Shown: positions 39,031 to 51,745, counted from the first letter of the stretch. The stretch: DNA of 54,984 bases from an uncultured Synechococcus sp. (GCA_963990675.1 CAXDNN010000001.1:1-54984); one strand, 5' to 3'. Notes: generated by a model not told the origin, from the letters alone. A program made the numbers and translations.

Positions 39031-39906
39031 TCAATTGAGTTCAGCCAGCCACTCCTGCAACGCCGCATTCACCTGCTCAGGAACCTCATCGTGGGGGCAG
39101 TGTCCGGCATCCAACACCACCTCCGTGGTGGCCTTAGGGGCATGGCGTTGAAATGTGGAACGACGCCCCGGGGCATTGATCCAGGGGTCGCGGATACCCC
39201 ACAACAGCAGCAGGGGCGCCGTGAGCTCGGCAAACAATTCATCCAGGGGTTGACCACTGGGAATGTCGAACACGGTGCGAAACACCCCGAAGGCACCAGG
39301 ATCCATCGACGGACGTCGGATCGCCTCCACCAGCCAGTCGTCCACGTTGGTTTTATCCACATACACCTGGTTCAAGGTGCGCCGGATTGTGGCCGGACGG
39401 CGCAGGTTCTCGAACAGGAGTCGTTGAACCACAGGACTCTTCAACAGGGCCGTCCCAATGCTTTGCCGAGCGATGGCACCCCATCCCTTAGGGGGTCTTT
39501 GTTCGTCACTGAAGGGGCCAGCTGCATTGAGCAGCACAACACCCGCGCAGTCCTCACCAAGGGCAGCACCTGCTGCAAGGGCTGCAAATCCTCCAAGGGA
39601 GTTGCCGGCGATCACCGTCGGACGCCCAATCCGCTCGTGCACATAGGCCACGAGCTGATCACGCCAGAGGGCACCGCCATATTCCAGGCTGGCGGGTTTA
39701 GCACTCCGACCAAAACCGAGCAAATCGATGGCGTGGACAGGATGGCTCCGGGACAACACGGGAATGTTGTATCGCCAATGGTCGGTGGAGGCCCCAAAGC
39801 CATGAACCAGCAAAAGAGCAGGACGATCGGAGGGAACCGGTTGATCCGGTTGCTGACACACCGCATGCACGGCATGGCCGAGATGGCTCCAGGTGCTGAT
39901 CTCCAC
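39031..39906 (-). CDS. Alpha/beta fold hydrolase
   Basis: LLVHGFGAS..HW, DLLGFGRS, GNSLGG nucleophile, WG..DPW, GHCPHDE. The start is approximate. Confidence 0.88.
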   Translation of the reverse strand: MEISTWSHLGHAVHAVCQQPDQPVPSDRPALLLVHGFGASTDHWRYNIPVLSRSHPVHAIDLLGFGRSAKPASLEYGGALWRDQLVAYVHERIGRPTVIAGNSLGGFAALAAGAALGEDCAGVVLLNAAGPFSDEQRPPKGWGAIARQSIGTALLKSPVVQRLLFENLRRPATIRRTLNQVYVDKTNVDDWLVEAIRRPSMDPGAFGVFRTVFDIPSGQPLDELFAELTAPLLLLWGIRDPWINAPGRRSTFQRHAPKATTEVVLDAGHCPHDEVPEQVNAALQEWLAELN

Positions 39907-39954
39907 GACGACAGGCAAGAGGGGCGATGCTAGGCAGCTCATTCCAAAGTTCGA

Positions 39955-40272
39955 ATGCAGGAGTCCATCGCCTTTGGTGGTCCACTGGCCGATCCATCGA
40001 TGTGGCGGGGTGCCCTGCTCTGGGCCATCGCTCTATACGTCCCCCTGAGCGGCCCCTTGGCTGCCTTTGAGGCCAGCCTCACGGAGAGTCCACTCTCAGA
40101 GAAGTGGCGTCAGATCACTTTGGTGATCAGCAGCCTTCTTCTGGCCCTCGCCGTTGGCGTGGTCACCCAGCTGATCGCGAGTTGGGCCCTGGGCCCAGGC
40201 TGGGCCTCTAGTTTGGGATTTATCGCCATTGGCTGGAGTTTGTTGTTGATCGCCGCTTCACGCGGGGATTAA
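39955..40272 (+). CDS. Small hypothetical membrane protein
   Basis: 105 aa with 3 hydrophobic segments, fills the gap between two minus-strand genes. Confidence 0.65.
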   Translation: MQESIAFGGPLADPSMWRGALLWAIALYVPLSGPLAAFEASLTESPLSEKWRQITLVISSLLLALAVGVVTQLIASWALGPGWASSLGFIAIGWSLLLIAASRGD

Positions 40273-40293
40273 CAACAAACTCCACCGACCTGG

Positions 40294-41670
40294 TTATGAC
40301 GCCCCGCCGAGGGGATCTGCCGCGAACTCCTCGGGCACCTCATTGCCATCCTCTGGCGGCTTGTCTTTAAGCACCAACCGCAAGAGCACCGGGGCCAAGA
40401 AGGTGGTGCCAATCACCATTAAGAGAATCGCGGCTTCTAATCCAGGACTAAGCAATCCAGAGGCAGTGCCGAGACCAAGGAAAATCAAGCCCACTTCGCC
40501 ACGGGGCATCATGCCCAGCCCCACCACCAAATGATTGGTGGGCTCTTTGCCAAACACGGCCCAACCCGCTGCAACCTTGCCAATCACAGCAATCACAAAC
40601 AAGAAGGCTGCAATCACCAAAGCGGATCGAGCCTCTGGATCAGAGGGATTGATCACCGATAGATCCATCCCTGCTCCCACCAACACAAAAAAGACAGTGG
40701 CAAACAACCCAACGATGGGAGTAACGGCCGCCTGAATCTCATGGCGGTGCTTCGAGGTGCTGGCAATTAAACCAGCGGCGAAAGCTCCGAGGGCCGCCTC
40801 CAACCCAATCGCTGTTGCTGCAAAACAGCTGACTCCTAATAACAAATACGCCCCAACCAACTTTGCGCCAGGGGCATTGAGCTGATCAATCACCCAATCG
40901 AAAGCAGGAGCCGCCTTGCGGCTGAGCACCAGGGCCACCACCACAAACAACACAGCAGCAACCACGAGTTGGATGATCGGAGCGATATCGAGGCTGCCGC
41001 CGGCCCCCAACGACACCACCACCGCCAAAATCACGATGCCGAGGATGTCGTCGAGGACAGCGGCGCCAATCACAATCTGACCCTCGCGAGTGCGTAGATA
41101 GCCAAGTTCTCCGAACACACTGGCCGTAATTCCAATGCTGGTGGCCGTCATCGATGCCCCCGCAAAGATGGCCGGAATGGCATCGACATGGAAGATGCTC
41201 ATCAAGCCAAGGGTGCCCAGGGCAAAGGGCAGCACCACGCCCACGACCGCCACCGAGAAGGCCTGCTTCCCGACAGCCATCAACTCATCCAGCTCACTTT
41301 CCAGCCCCGTTAGGAACAGCAGGGAATAGAGGCCCAGGGTGGCCACCGATTGAAGCGCCCCAAAACTCTCGTTGTACAAACCAGACACTTCTGCAGCAGG
41401 AATATGCGCTATTCCGGCAATCACATCAGCAAACGCACCGCTGAGCTGAACTTGCGTTTCAGGGGGAACCAACAAGTGGAGTCCTGAGGCGCCAATGATG
41501 ACTCCAGCCAGCAGTTCTCCAAGAATGGTGGGCAATTCGAGCCGCACCAAAATTTCCGACAGAGTTCGCGCTCCAACGAAAATCAGGACAAAACGAAGGA
41601 TGCCGATCAGCGTTTCGGCGACCTCCAGGTCATGACTGCTGATTTCGCTCAGCAGTGAAGGGAGCAGCAT
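40294..41670 (-). CDS. Na+/H+ antiporter, CPA2 family (NhaS3-like)
   Basis: PTILGELLAG, LFLTGLES, ATSIGIT, AAVLDDILG, GMMPRGEV. Confidence 0.9.
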   Translation of the reverse strand: MLLPSLLSEISSHDLEVAETLIGILRFVLIFVGARTLSEILVRLELPTILGELLAGVIIGASGLHLLVPPETQVQLSGAFADVIAGIAHIPAAEVSGLYNESFGALQSVATLGLYSLLFLTGLESELDELMAVGKQAFSVAVVGVVLPFALGTLGLMSIFHVDAIPAIFAGASMTATSIGITASVFGELGYLRTREGQIVIGAAVLDDILGIVILAVVVSLGAGGSLDIAPIIQLVVAAVLFVVVALVLSRKAAPAFDWVIDQLNAPGAKLVGAYLLLGVSCFAATAIGLEAALGAFAAGLIASTSKHRHEIQAAVTPIVGLFATVFFVLVGAGMDLSVINPSDPEARSALVIAAFLFVIAVIGKVAAGWAVFGKEPTNHLVVGLGMMPRGEVGLIFLGLGTASGLLSPGLEAAILLMVIGTTFLAPVLLRLVLKDKPPEDGNEVPEEFAADPLGGAS

Positions 41671-41959
41671 CGTCGCTGGCAAATCTGAGCCGACCTTAGT
41701 GGTGAATCCTCCAATGAACTGTCCATTGGGTCGTCCGTTTTGAACGGAAACAACTTGAAGCTGACGATGGGTGAAATCAGGCCTGAATCTCTGCGAGTGA
41801 TATCGATTCCCGCCTTGCTGGCTTCGCTCACAGGAGCAACACCCATGGGTTGAATCCTTCGCATATCAACAATTAGTGCTGCACATCTGGCGATAGCTCA
41901 TCAACATCGATGTATTCAGCTGCCCTTGGGGGCTGCCGCTCTCTCGGATATTCGTCGAC

Positions 41960-44482
41960 ATGACTGTGTCAAAACCCTTCGATCTACGCCTGCCAACCCC
42001 GGGTTCTCACAACGATTCTGAACGGGTGGGGCTCGACGCCAAGGGGGTGTTCGACGGCATGACCGAGCATTTGTTTTTCACCCTCGGGAAACTTGCTTCG
42101 ACCGCCAGTCGTCACGATCTGTACATGGCGCTGAGCTACGCCGTCCGTGATCGATTGATGGTGCGATACCTCGCAACCACCGAAGCGATGCGAGCAAAAC
42201 CGCAGAAATCGGTGGCTTACCTCTCCGCTGAGTTCTTAATCGGCCCACAACTGAACAACAATCTGCTCAATTTGGGGATTCAACAAGAGGCAGAAGAGGC
42301 CCTAAGCAACTTTGGGATCGAATCGCTCCAGCAAATCCTTGATGTGGAGGAAGAGCCAGGACTTGGCAATGGTGGTTTGGGGCGGCTCGCAGCCTGCTAC
42401 ATGGAATCACTGGCGAGTTTGAAAATTCCAGCAACGGGATACGGCATTCGCTACGAATTTGGGATTTTTGACCAGCTCATCCGTGACGGTTGGCAGGTAG
42501 AGATCACCGATAAATGGCTCAAAGGAGGTTGGCCCTGGGAGTTACCCCAACCCGACGAATCGTGTTTTGTGGGTTTTGGGGGGCGCACCGAGAGCTATGT
42601 CGATGACAAAGGCAACTACCGCTCCCGCTGGATTCCTGCTGAACACGCCATTGGCATCCCCCATGACGTACCAGTCCTTGGCTACCGCGTGAACATTTGC
42701 GATCGACTGCGTCTGTGGCGCGCTGATGCTGCTGAAACCTTCGATTTTTATGCCTTCAACATCGGCGATTACTCCGGAGCCGTGGAAGAGAAGGTGGGGA
42801 GTGAAACCCTCTCGAAAGTGCTCTATCCCAACGACGGCACGGATGAAGGACGTCGTCTGCGCCTGAAGCAGCAGCACTTCTTTGTGAGTTGCTCCCTTCA
42901 GGACATGCTGCGCAGCCTCGATCATCGCGGCCTGAGCATCGAAGACTTTCCGGAGTACTGGACCGTTCAGCTGAACGACACCCACCCAGCAATCGCTGTG
43001 GCGGAACTCATGCGTTTGCTGATCGATGATCGCCATTTGGAATGGGATAAGGCTTGGGACATCACCTCCCGCTCCGTGGCGTACACCAACCACACCCTGT
43101 TGCCGGAAGCCCTGGAGAAATGGGATCTGAACCTATTCAGAAACCTGCTGCCCCGTCATCTGGAACTCATCTATGAAATCAACCGCCGCTTCCTGCAACA
43201 GGTGCGCCTGCGCTACCCCGGCAATGAAGACATTTTGAGCCGGCTTTCGATCATTGATGAAGAGGGAAACAAAGCTGTCCGCATGGCGCACCTCGCCACG
43301 ATTGGCGCCCACCATGTGAACGGCGTGGCCGCGCTCCACTCCGATCTCGTCAAAAGCGATCTTCTGCCGCAATTTGCTGCCCTGTGGCCAGACAAATTCA
43401 CCAACGTCACCAATGGCGTCACCCCTCGGCGCTGGATGGCTCTCGCGAATCCAGACCTATCCACCTTGCTTGATCAGCACGTGGGCAGCGACTGGATCTC
43501 CAACATGGAGAACCTACGCAAACTTGAAGAACGCCAAAACGACCACGGCTTTCTCGAGCATTGGGCAAACACCAAGCTCTCGGTGAAGCGCAAGCTAGCC
43601 AGCTATATCCACCGCAACACCGGCGTTCTGGTGGATCCTTCCTCCCTTTTCGATGTGCAGGTGAAGCGCATTCATGAATACAAGCGTCAACATTTAAATG
43701 CCCTGCAAATCATCACCCAATACCTGCGCATCAAAAATGGGCAGGCGGATGGCATGGCACCACGAACGGTGCTGTTTGGCGGAAAAGCCGCTCCGGGGTA
43801 TTACATGGCGAAGCTGATTATTCGCTTCATTAATGGCATCGCCGAAACGGTGAATTCCGATCCGGATATGGACGGTCGACTGCGGGTGGTGTTTCTACCG
43901 GATTACAGCGTGAAGTTGGGTGAGCAGGTGTATCCGGGATCGGACCTCTCAGAGCAAATCTCCACAGCTGGCAAGGAAGCCTCCGGCACCGGCAACATGA
44001 AATTTGCCATGAACGGCGCCCTCACCATCGGAACCCTTGATGGCGCCAACGTTGAAATCCGAGACCTTGTTGGTGCAGACAATTTCTTCCTCTTCGGCAA
44101 GACCGTTGAAGAAATCAATGCACTTCAACAGAGCGGCTATCGCCCTCGAGATTTCATCGAAGCGATGCCCGAATTGCAGGAAGCGATCCGCCTCGTCGAG
44201 ATGGGGCACTTCAGCAACGGCGACGGAGAACTGTTCCGTCCACTCCTGGACAACCTCATGGGCCGTGACCCCTTCTACGTGATGGCCGACTTTGCTGATT
44301 ACGTACGAGCTCAAGACGCAGTGAGTCTTGCCTGGAGTGATCAGATGCATTGGCAGCGCATGTCTGTGCTGAACACCGCCCGATCCGGCTTCTTCTCCTC
44401 CGACCGTTCGATCAGGGAGTACTGCCAAAACATCTGGAACGTTGATCCGCTCAACCTGGAAATCACCTGCGACGCGCGTTGA
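41960..44482 (+). CDS. glgP: Glycogen/alpha-glucan phosphorylase
   Basis: GLGNGGLGRLAAC, QLNDTHP, KRIHEYKRQ, EASGTGNMK (PLP lysine). Confidence 0.97.
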   Translation: MTVSKPFDLRLPTPGSHNDSERVGLDAKGVFDGMTEHLFFTLGKLASTASRHDLYMALSYAVRDRLMVRYLATTEAMRAKPQKSVAYLSAEFLIGPQLNNNLLNLGIQQEAEEALSNFGIESLQQILDVEEEPGLGNGGLGRLAACYMESLASLKIPATGYGIRYEFGIFDQLIRDGWQVEITDKWLKGGWPWELPQPDESCFVGFGGRTESYVDDKGNYRSRWIPAEHAIGIPHDVPVLGYRVNICDRLRLWRADAAETFDFYAFNIGDYSGAVEEKVGSETLSKVLYPNDGTDEGRRLRLKQQHFFVSCSLQDMLRSLDHRGLSIEDFPEYWTVQLNDTHPAIAVAELMRLLIDDRHLEWDKAWDITSRSVAYTNHTLLPEALEKWDLNLFRNLLPRHLELIYEINRRFLQQVRLRYPGNEDILSRLSIIDEEGNKAVRMAHLATIGAHHVNGVAALHSDLVKSDLLPQFAALWPDKFTNVTNGVTPRRWMALANPDLSTLLDQHVGSDWISNMENLRKLEERQNDHGFLEHWANTKLSVKRKLASYIHRNTGVLVDPSSLFDVQVKRIHEYKRQHLNALQIITQYLRIKNGQADGMAPRTVLFGGKAAPGYYMAKLIIRFINGIAETVNSDPDMDGRLRVVFLPDYSVKLGEQVYPGSDLSEQISTAGKEASGTGNMKFAMNGALTIGTLDGANVEIRDLVGADNFFLFGKTVEEINALQQSGYRPRDFIEAMPELQEAIRLVEMGHFSNGDGELFRPLLDNLMGRDPFYVMADFADYVRAQDAVSLAWSDQMHWQRMSVLNTARSGFFSSDRSIREYCQNIWNVDPLNLEITCDAR

Positions 44483-44488
44483 TCCATC

Positions 44489-44520
44489 AAAAAAGCCCTG
44501 GTTCAACGCCAGGGCTTTTT
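44489..44520. terminator. Bidirectional intrinsic terminator
   Basis: AAAAAAGCCCTGG-TTCAACG-CCAGGGCTTTTT between convergent genes. Confidence 0.88.
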
Positions 44521-44556
44521 CAAGTCTTCACGCCAGCTTCAAAACGCGATCTTGCG

Positions 44557-45021
44557 TTAGCCACGATCCGGAAAATCCGGTGTTTGGTGCAGCAGACGAT
44601 TCAGACGTAAACGATCCACATTCAGAGGATCTGGTGCCAACTCGCCCGCCAGTTCGCGGAATTTTTGTTCAATGTCTTCTGGGACTCGAACATCAAAGAC
44701 ACGCTCCATCAAAGCCTCAATCGAAAAGAGGTGAGCGTTGATGTTCTCGAGATCGGCGATCGCCTGCTGGACTGAATCGGTGGCTTCGTCAGGTGCCGAC
44801 GAAGAACTCACCGGCGTGGGCGCTGCTGATTCAGCTGTCTGCCTGGGAGCGTGCTGCTTCTGGAGTTCTTCCAACACACGACCGGACAAGGTGCGAAACG
44901 ATTGAAGTGCCGCCCAATTCAATTCTTGCTGCTGACGCAGGGTGGGGGATTCACGGATTAGCCGATCGTGCTCCCTGTAGAACCTCTTGCAATCCGGGCA
45001 TTGGCAGGGCTCGTCCGGCAC
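44557..45021 (-). CDS. Hypothetical protein with N-terminal CxCxxC motif
   Basis: PCQCPDCKRFYREHDRLIRE..., helical C-terminus. The GTG start at 45021 is inferred. Confidence 0.7.
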   Translation of the reverse strand: MPDEPCQCPDCKRFYREHDRLIRESPTLRQQQELNWAALQSFRTLSGRVLEELQKQHAPRQTAESAAPTPVSSSSAPDEATDSVQQAIADLENINAHLFSIEALMERVFDVRVPEDIEQKFRELAGELAPDPLNVDRLRLNRLLHQTPDFPDRG

Positions 45022-45058
45022 CGCAGTCCCTCTTCGTCGACCTCCACTATGACACCCA

Positions 45059-45385
45059 TCAAGCAGCCTCAGCGCCGAGATTGTCGCCGGCATCGGATTG
45101 ATCCGCGTCGACCACCCCAGGGAGAGGGATCTCAATCGACGACACCACCCCAATCACATCGCGAAGACGCATGGAATCTGCAAACCAGCCCATGGCTTGC
45201 TCCATATCACCGCGCCCCTCCGCATCGCTGGCCTGGTCTTCATGCGCTTCAGCCAGTAATGCCAACCAACAAAGGCAGCGGGCCTGAACCACCGACAAAT
45301 CAAGATCTGCAGACTGAGAATCAGCGATCTGTTCGCTTTCCTGCTGAACAAGAAGACGCAAACGAAGGTCGTGAAGCTGGGTCAT
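45059..45385 (-). CDS. Hypothetical protein (acidic, helical)
   Basis: 108-aa ORF with ATG start and host-like codon usage, co-oriented with the next gene. Confidence 0.7.
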   Translation of the reverse strand: MTQLHDLRLRLLVQQESEQIADSQSADLDLSVVQARCLCWLALLAEAHEDQASDAEGRGDMEQAMGWFADSMRLRDVIGVVSSIEIPLPGVVDADQSDAGDNLGAEAA

Positions 45386-45445
45386 GGCACCCGCCTGAGT
45401 GGGCTAACACTAGCGGTGGTGAACGATCTAGCCACCCCACCAGAT

Positions 45446-45459
45446 GTAGCGTTGGCTAC
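45446..45459. promoter_or_regulatory. Candidate NtcA-type box GTAGC-N4-GCTAC
   Basis: TGTAGCGTTGGCTAC, intergenic, about 60 bp upstream of the 45385 start. Confidence 0.35.
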
Positions 45460-45477
45460 CGGCAGAAAAGCTCGTGA

Positions 45478-45551
<74 letters not shown>

Positions 45552-45589
45552 AGATCGCTTAATTATGCCAACGAGGCATGATGAGGGCT

Positions 45590-45977
45590 GAAAGCAGGCG
45601 AGGTGGTTGCAATTGAATCGTTCGCGATTCGATTGAGGAAAGTCCGGGCTCCCCGATGGCCAGGCTTGCTGGGTAACGCCCAGTGCGGGTGACCGTGAGG
45701 AGAGTGCCACAGAAACACACCGCCGATGGCCGGTTCGCCGGCACAGGCAAGGGTGCAAAGGTGCGGTAAGAGCGCACCAGCAGCATCGAGAGGTGCTGGC
45801 TCGGTAAACCCCGGCTGGGAGCAAGGCCAAGGAACGATGGCTGGCCATTGGCCCCGTTCCGCTTACGTGCGCCGCTCGAGGCCGTCGGTAACGGCGGTCC
45901 CAGATAGATAACCACCCACCCTCTGCAGACCAACCTCTGTAGTGGCGTGAACAGAACCCGGCTTATGCCCTGCTTTC
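45590..45977 (+). ncRNA. rnpB: RNase P RNA (bacterial type A)
   Basis: GAGGAAAGTCCGGGCT, AGTGCCACAGAAA, GGTAAACCCCGGCTGGGAGCAAG, ACAGAACCCGGCTTA. P1 pairing GAAAGCAGG/CCTGCTTTC. Confidence 0.97.
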
Positions 45978-45997
45978 ACCCCTAATCCAGTCAGGCG

Positions 45998-46747
45998 TTG
46001 AACAGCACACGAACAAACCAACTGGTGGAGCTGCTTCAGGACATCGGCCTGGAGGAGCTCAACAATTCCAAGCTGCTCAGCCTGGTGGAGCAAGCACTGA
46101 CCCATGTGTCTGCTCGTCGAAGCAAAAACTTTGAACGGTTGGAATTCCTCGGTGATGCCGTGCTGCGCCTCGCTGCCACGGAATTCATCGACCATCACTA
46201 CCCCGATCTCCCCGTGGGCAGTTGCTCCAGCTTGCGGGCCCAACTCGTGAGTGACCGCTGGCTGGCTCAACTGGGAGAACAGCTTCAGCTGGACTCCTTG
46301 CTTGTGCTGGGTCCGAAAGCAATGGGGGACGCGGCGGCGCGAGCAACCCTGCATGCGGATGCCACCGAGGCGCTCATCGGTGCGATCTACAGCGGCAGCG
46401 GCAACAACTTGCAGCCGATCCATCACTGGCTCACGCCCCATTGGCAGCAAACCACAGCCGAGGTTCTGGCCACACCCCATCGCTTCAACGGCAAAACCAT
46501 CCTTCAGGAATGGAGTCAAGCCGAAGGACTGGGATTACCGGAGTACACCACCACTGAGCAAAGCTCTCGTCACGGCGATCCGGAACGCTTCAAAAGCCAC
46601 GTGCAGGTGGGAACGCGATTAAGCGCCGATGGCTTCGGCCGTTCTCGCAAAGACGCTGAGCAAAACGCCGCTGCGGAAGCCGTGCAAAGGCTTCAAGACG
46701 TCGGCTCTGAGATCAACTCTGACCCTCCTAACAACGCTCCACATTGA
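45998..46747 (+). CDS. rnc: Ribonuclease III
   Basis: ALTH.S, ERLEFLGDAVL, ADATEALIGAIY, dsRBD (KTILQEWSQ...GRSRKDAEQNAA). TTG start uncertain. Confidence 0.94.
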   Translation: MNSTRTNQLVELLQDIGLEELNNSKLLSLVEQALTHVSARRSKNFERLEFLGDAVLRLAATEFIDHHYPDLPVGSCSSLRAQLVSDRWLAQLGEQLQLDSLLVLGPKAMGDAAARATLHADATEALIGAIYSGSGNNLQPIHHWLTPHWQQTTAEVLATPHRFNGKTILQEWSQAEGLGLPEYTTTEQSSRHGDPERFKSHVQVGTRLSADGFGRSRKDAEQNAAAEAVQRLQDVGSEINSDPPNNAPH

Positions 46748-47541
46748 TCACAGTGCTGCGCGTCGCGTCGATGGCCTTGCCGGCCGCATTGATGACAGGG
46801 CACTCCAGCCAACTGCTTCTGGTGATGCTGCATCCCTGAGACGGTGAGAATCCCAGTCGGAATCGCAATAATTCCAAAGCCGAGCATCATCACAACCGAG
46901 GCCAACAACCGGCCCAAAGCGGTCTGCGGCACCACATCGCCGTAGCCAACCGTGGTCATCGTGACGATCGCCCAGTACACCCCTTTTGAAACCGTGTCGA
47001 ACTGGGAGTTTGGGCCAGCGCTCTCGATCACGAAAATGGCGTAGCCCAGCACCACCTGCAGCAGGAACACAAAAAAGAGGAACACACAAATGGTGCGTGC
47101 ACTTCCCCGCAACGCCTGAGCCAACACTTTGGCTTCATCGATGAACTTGAGCAGCTTGAACACCCGCAAAATGCGGCCAAACTTGAACACCCACAGCAGC
47201 AATTCGCTGCGAACCTGCGGCACAAAAAAGAACAACACGGCGCTGAGATCAATCAGGCCGGTGAAGCTGAACAGGTACTTGCGGGGACTGGGCACCACCG
47301 CCAGGTGCAAGACAAAGTCCGCAGCAAACACCCCTAGACAACAATCTTGAACCCAATCGATCCAAAGCACCTCGGTTTGCTGCAGAGCTGAGTTGCCGAG
47401 GGGATTGGGCTCAAGGAGCAACACCACCACGCTGAGCAAAATCGCCCCAAAGATCACCAGGTTGTAGATCCTTCCAGCCGGGGTATTGGCCTCCAGAACC
47501 GTGGTACGAAGCCGTTGACGAAAACTGCGGTCAGACGCCAT
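46693..47541 (-). CDS. Voltage-gated-type potassium channel (6TM) with C-terminal Cys cluster
   Basis: TMTTVGYGD filter, S4-like [14 protein letters not shown]-terminal CxxC...CxxCG. Confidence 0.92.
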   Translation of the reverse strand: MASDRSFRQRLRTTVLEANTPAGRIYNLVIFGAILLSVVVLLLEPNPLGNSALQQTEVLWIDWVQDCCLGVFAADFVLHLAVVPSPRKYLFSFTGLIDLSAVLFFFVPQVRSELLLWVFKFGRILRVFKLLKFIDEAKVLAQALRGSARTICVFLFFVFLLQVVLGYAIFVIESAGPNSQFDTVSKGVYWAIVTMTTVGYGDVVPQTALGRLLASVVMMLGFGIIAIPTGILTVSGMQHHQKQLAGVPCHQCGRQGHRRDAQHCDQCGALLGGSELISEPTS

Positions 47542-47546
47542 CGAAA

Positions 47547-47732
47547 TCAGGCGGCCTGAAGATCCTTCAGCCGCAAGGTCACCAGCTTGTCCCAGTTGCC
47601 TCCCTCAAACAGCACAGCAGCGCGATCGCCACTGATGCGCTGCACAAAACCGGTGTAACCGTTGTAGATCGAGGTGACGTCTTGCACGGTCACCGTGGAG
47701 CCAGGAAGAATTGGAGCTGCTGCGGACGCCAT
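47547..47732 (-). CDS. ndhS: NDH-1 complex subunit S
   Basis: ILPGSTVTV...[28 protein letters not shown]. Confidence 0.93.
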   Translation of the reverse strand: MASAAAPILPGSTVTVQDVTSIYNGYTGFVQRISGDRAAVLFEGGNWDKLVTLRLKDLQAA

Positions 47733-47786
47733 GGCTCGATCGCGAACGGGTCTAGAGCCATTATCAACAAAGCAACCCCCGATCGC

Positions 47787-48317
47787 ATGGCCGACAGCGA
47801 GGAATGGCTCTCAGTGGGGAAAATTGTGGGAGTTCAAGGGTTACAAGGGGAATTGCGGGTGAATCCCGCCAGCGACTTCCCGGAACGCTTCACCGTGCCG
47901 GGTCCTCGCTGGGTGCGCAGCAAAGGCTCAGCTCCACGGGAAGTGCAACTGAAAACAGGGCGTCAGCTGCCAGGCAAAAGCCTGTTTGTGGTGCGCCTCG
48001 ACAGCATTGACAACCGCGATGCGGCAGAAGCCCTGGTGGGAAGCGATTGGATGGTTCCAGCGGACGACCGACCACAACTCGGCGAGGGGGAGTTCCACTT
48101 ACTGGACTTAGTCGGCCTCGAGGCACGCCTCAGCCCGGAAAGCGACCCCATCGGCACCGTGACCGATCTGATTAGTGGCGGGAATGACCTCCTGGAAATC
48201 AAGCGAAGCGATGGCAGCACGCTGCTGATTCCGTTCGTGGAGGCGATCGTTCCCGAGGTGCATCTCAACGAAGGCTGGCTCTTGCTGACCCCACCCCCTG
48301 GACTGATGGATCTATAA
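47787..48317 (+). CDS. rimM: Ribosome maturation factor RimM
   Basis: [37 protein letters not shown]. Confidence 0.94.
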   Translation: MADSEEWLSVGKIVGVQGLQGELRVNPASDFPERFTVPGPRWVRSKGSAPREVQLKTGRQLPGKSLFVVRLDSIDNRDAAEALVGSDWMVPADDRPQLGEGEFHLLDLVGLEARLSPESDPIGTVTDLISGGNDLLEIKRSDGSTLLIPFVEAIVPEVHLNEGWLLLTPPPGLMDL

Positions 48318-48379
48318 CCAAGCCTCGACACAGCCACCCCGGGCAAGCGAATCTGGAGCACAGACACGCTCAGGACATC

Positions 48380-49837
48380 TTGGCTGCCACACCCCTGATT
48401 CCTGTGATCCTCTGCGGGGGAACCGGTACACGGCTGTGGCCGCTTTCACGCGCCAGTTATCCCAAGCAGTATTGGCCGTTGAGTGGTGACGGCGACGCCA
48501 CCTTGCTGCAGCAAACCCAACAGCGACTCGAAGGTTTAGAGGGACTGGCGGCTCCCTTGCTGATCTGCAATGAGGACCACCGCTTCATCGTGGCGGAGCA
48601 GATGCGGCAACTGGGCATTGAGCCCAACGCAATCCTGTTGGAGCCGATGGGACGCAACACCGCTCCAGCGGTGACCGTGGCCGCACTGCAAGCCACCGCC
48701 GACGGCGATGACCCCCTCTTGCTGGTGCTGGCGGCGGACCATCTCATTCGCAACGCTGAACAGTTCCGCGCCGCCGTTGCCGCTGGGCGGCCGGCCGCAG
48801 AAGCCGGCCGACTCGTGACCTTTGGCATCGTGCCCACGGCGCCAGAAACCGGATACGGCTACATCGAAGCCGCCCAAGACTTCAGTACTGGAGAGCTGCG
48901 GGACGTGCCGATCGCGCGATTTGTCGAAAAACCGGATCAAGCGACAGCAGAGCAGTTCTTAGCGACCGGCCGTTTCACCTGGAATAGCGGCATGTTCCTG
49001 TTCCGTGCCAGCGCCATGCTGGCGGAACTGGACCGCCTCAACCCTGAGGTGGTGAGTTGCTGCCGGGCCGCCCTGGAGCAGGACACCGCCGACCTGGAGT
49101 TTCTGCGGCTGGAACGGGAAGCCTTTGCCAAATGCCCAAACGTGGCCATCGACGTGGCCGTGATGGAAAAAACAGAACTGGGTTCCGTGCTGCCCCTCGA
49201 TGCGGGCTGGAGTGATGTGGGCAGCTGGAGTGCCCTCTGGGAAACCTCAGATCACGATGCCGATGGCAATGTTCTGCAGGGGCGGGTGATCTCCCAAGGC
49301 AGCCGCAACTGCTATCTCCGCAGCGAACACCGTTTGGTGGTGGGTCTTGGCGTTGAAAACCTGGTGGTGGTGGAAACGGATGATGCCGTGTTGATCGCGG
49401 ATCGATCCCAGGCCCAGGCGATCAAAACCGTGGTGAAGCAACTGGAGGCCGACGGCAGCCCCGAGGGCAAAGCACACCGCAAGATCTACCGGCCCTGGGG
49501 CCACTACACCGGGGTGACGGAAGGCGAGCGCTGGCAGGTGAAACGCATTTCCGTGAAACCAGGGGCCAGTTTGTCGCTGCAGATGCATCACCATCGGGCC
49601 GAACACTGGGTGGTGGTGAAGGGCACGGCGCTGGTGGAACGGGACGGCAGTGAGCAATTGGTGGGGGAGAACCAAAGCACCTATATCCCGATGGGATGCC
49701 GGCACCGACTCTCCAACCCAGGGCGCATCCCGGTGGAACTCATCGAAGTGCAGAGCGGCGAATACCTCGGTGAAGACGACATCGTGCGCTTCGAAGACCG
49801 CTATGGCCGCAGTGATCTCAAGATCACCACCGCCTAG
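48380..49837 (+). CDS. manC: Mannose-1-phosphate guanylyltransferase / mannose-6-phosphate isomerase
   Basis: PVILCGGTGTRLWPLSR..YPKQ, EPMGRNTAPA, WSDVGSW, RPWG, SLQMHHHRAEHW. TTG start. Confidence 0.95.
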   Translation: MAATPLIPVILCGGTGTRLWPLSRASYPKQYWPLSGDGDATLLQQTQQRLEGLEGLAAPLLICNEDHRFIVAEQMRQLGIEPNAILLEPMGRNTAPAVTVAALQATADGDDPLLLVLAADHLIRNAEQFRAAVAAGRPAAEAGRLVTFGIVPTAPETGYGYIEAAQDFSTGELRDVPIARFVEKPDQATAEQFLATGRFTWNSGMFLFRASAMLAELDRLNPEVVSCCRAALEQDTADLEFLRLEREAFAKCPNVAIDVAVMEKTELGSVLPLDAGWSDVGSWSALWETSDHDADGNVLQGRVISQGSRNCYLRSEHRLVVGLGVENLVVVETDDAVLIADRSQAQAIKTVVKQLEADGSPEGKAHRKIYRPWGHYTGVTEGERWQVKRISVKPGASLSLQMHHHRAEHWVVVKGTALVERDGSEQLVGENQSTYIPMGCRHRLSNPGRIPVELIEVQSGEYLGEDDIVRFEDRYGRSDLKITTA

Positions 49838-49853
49838 CTACTCAAGGAATCAA

Positions 49854-51743
<1,890 letters not shown>

Positions 51744-51745
51744 AT

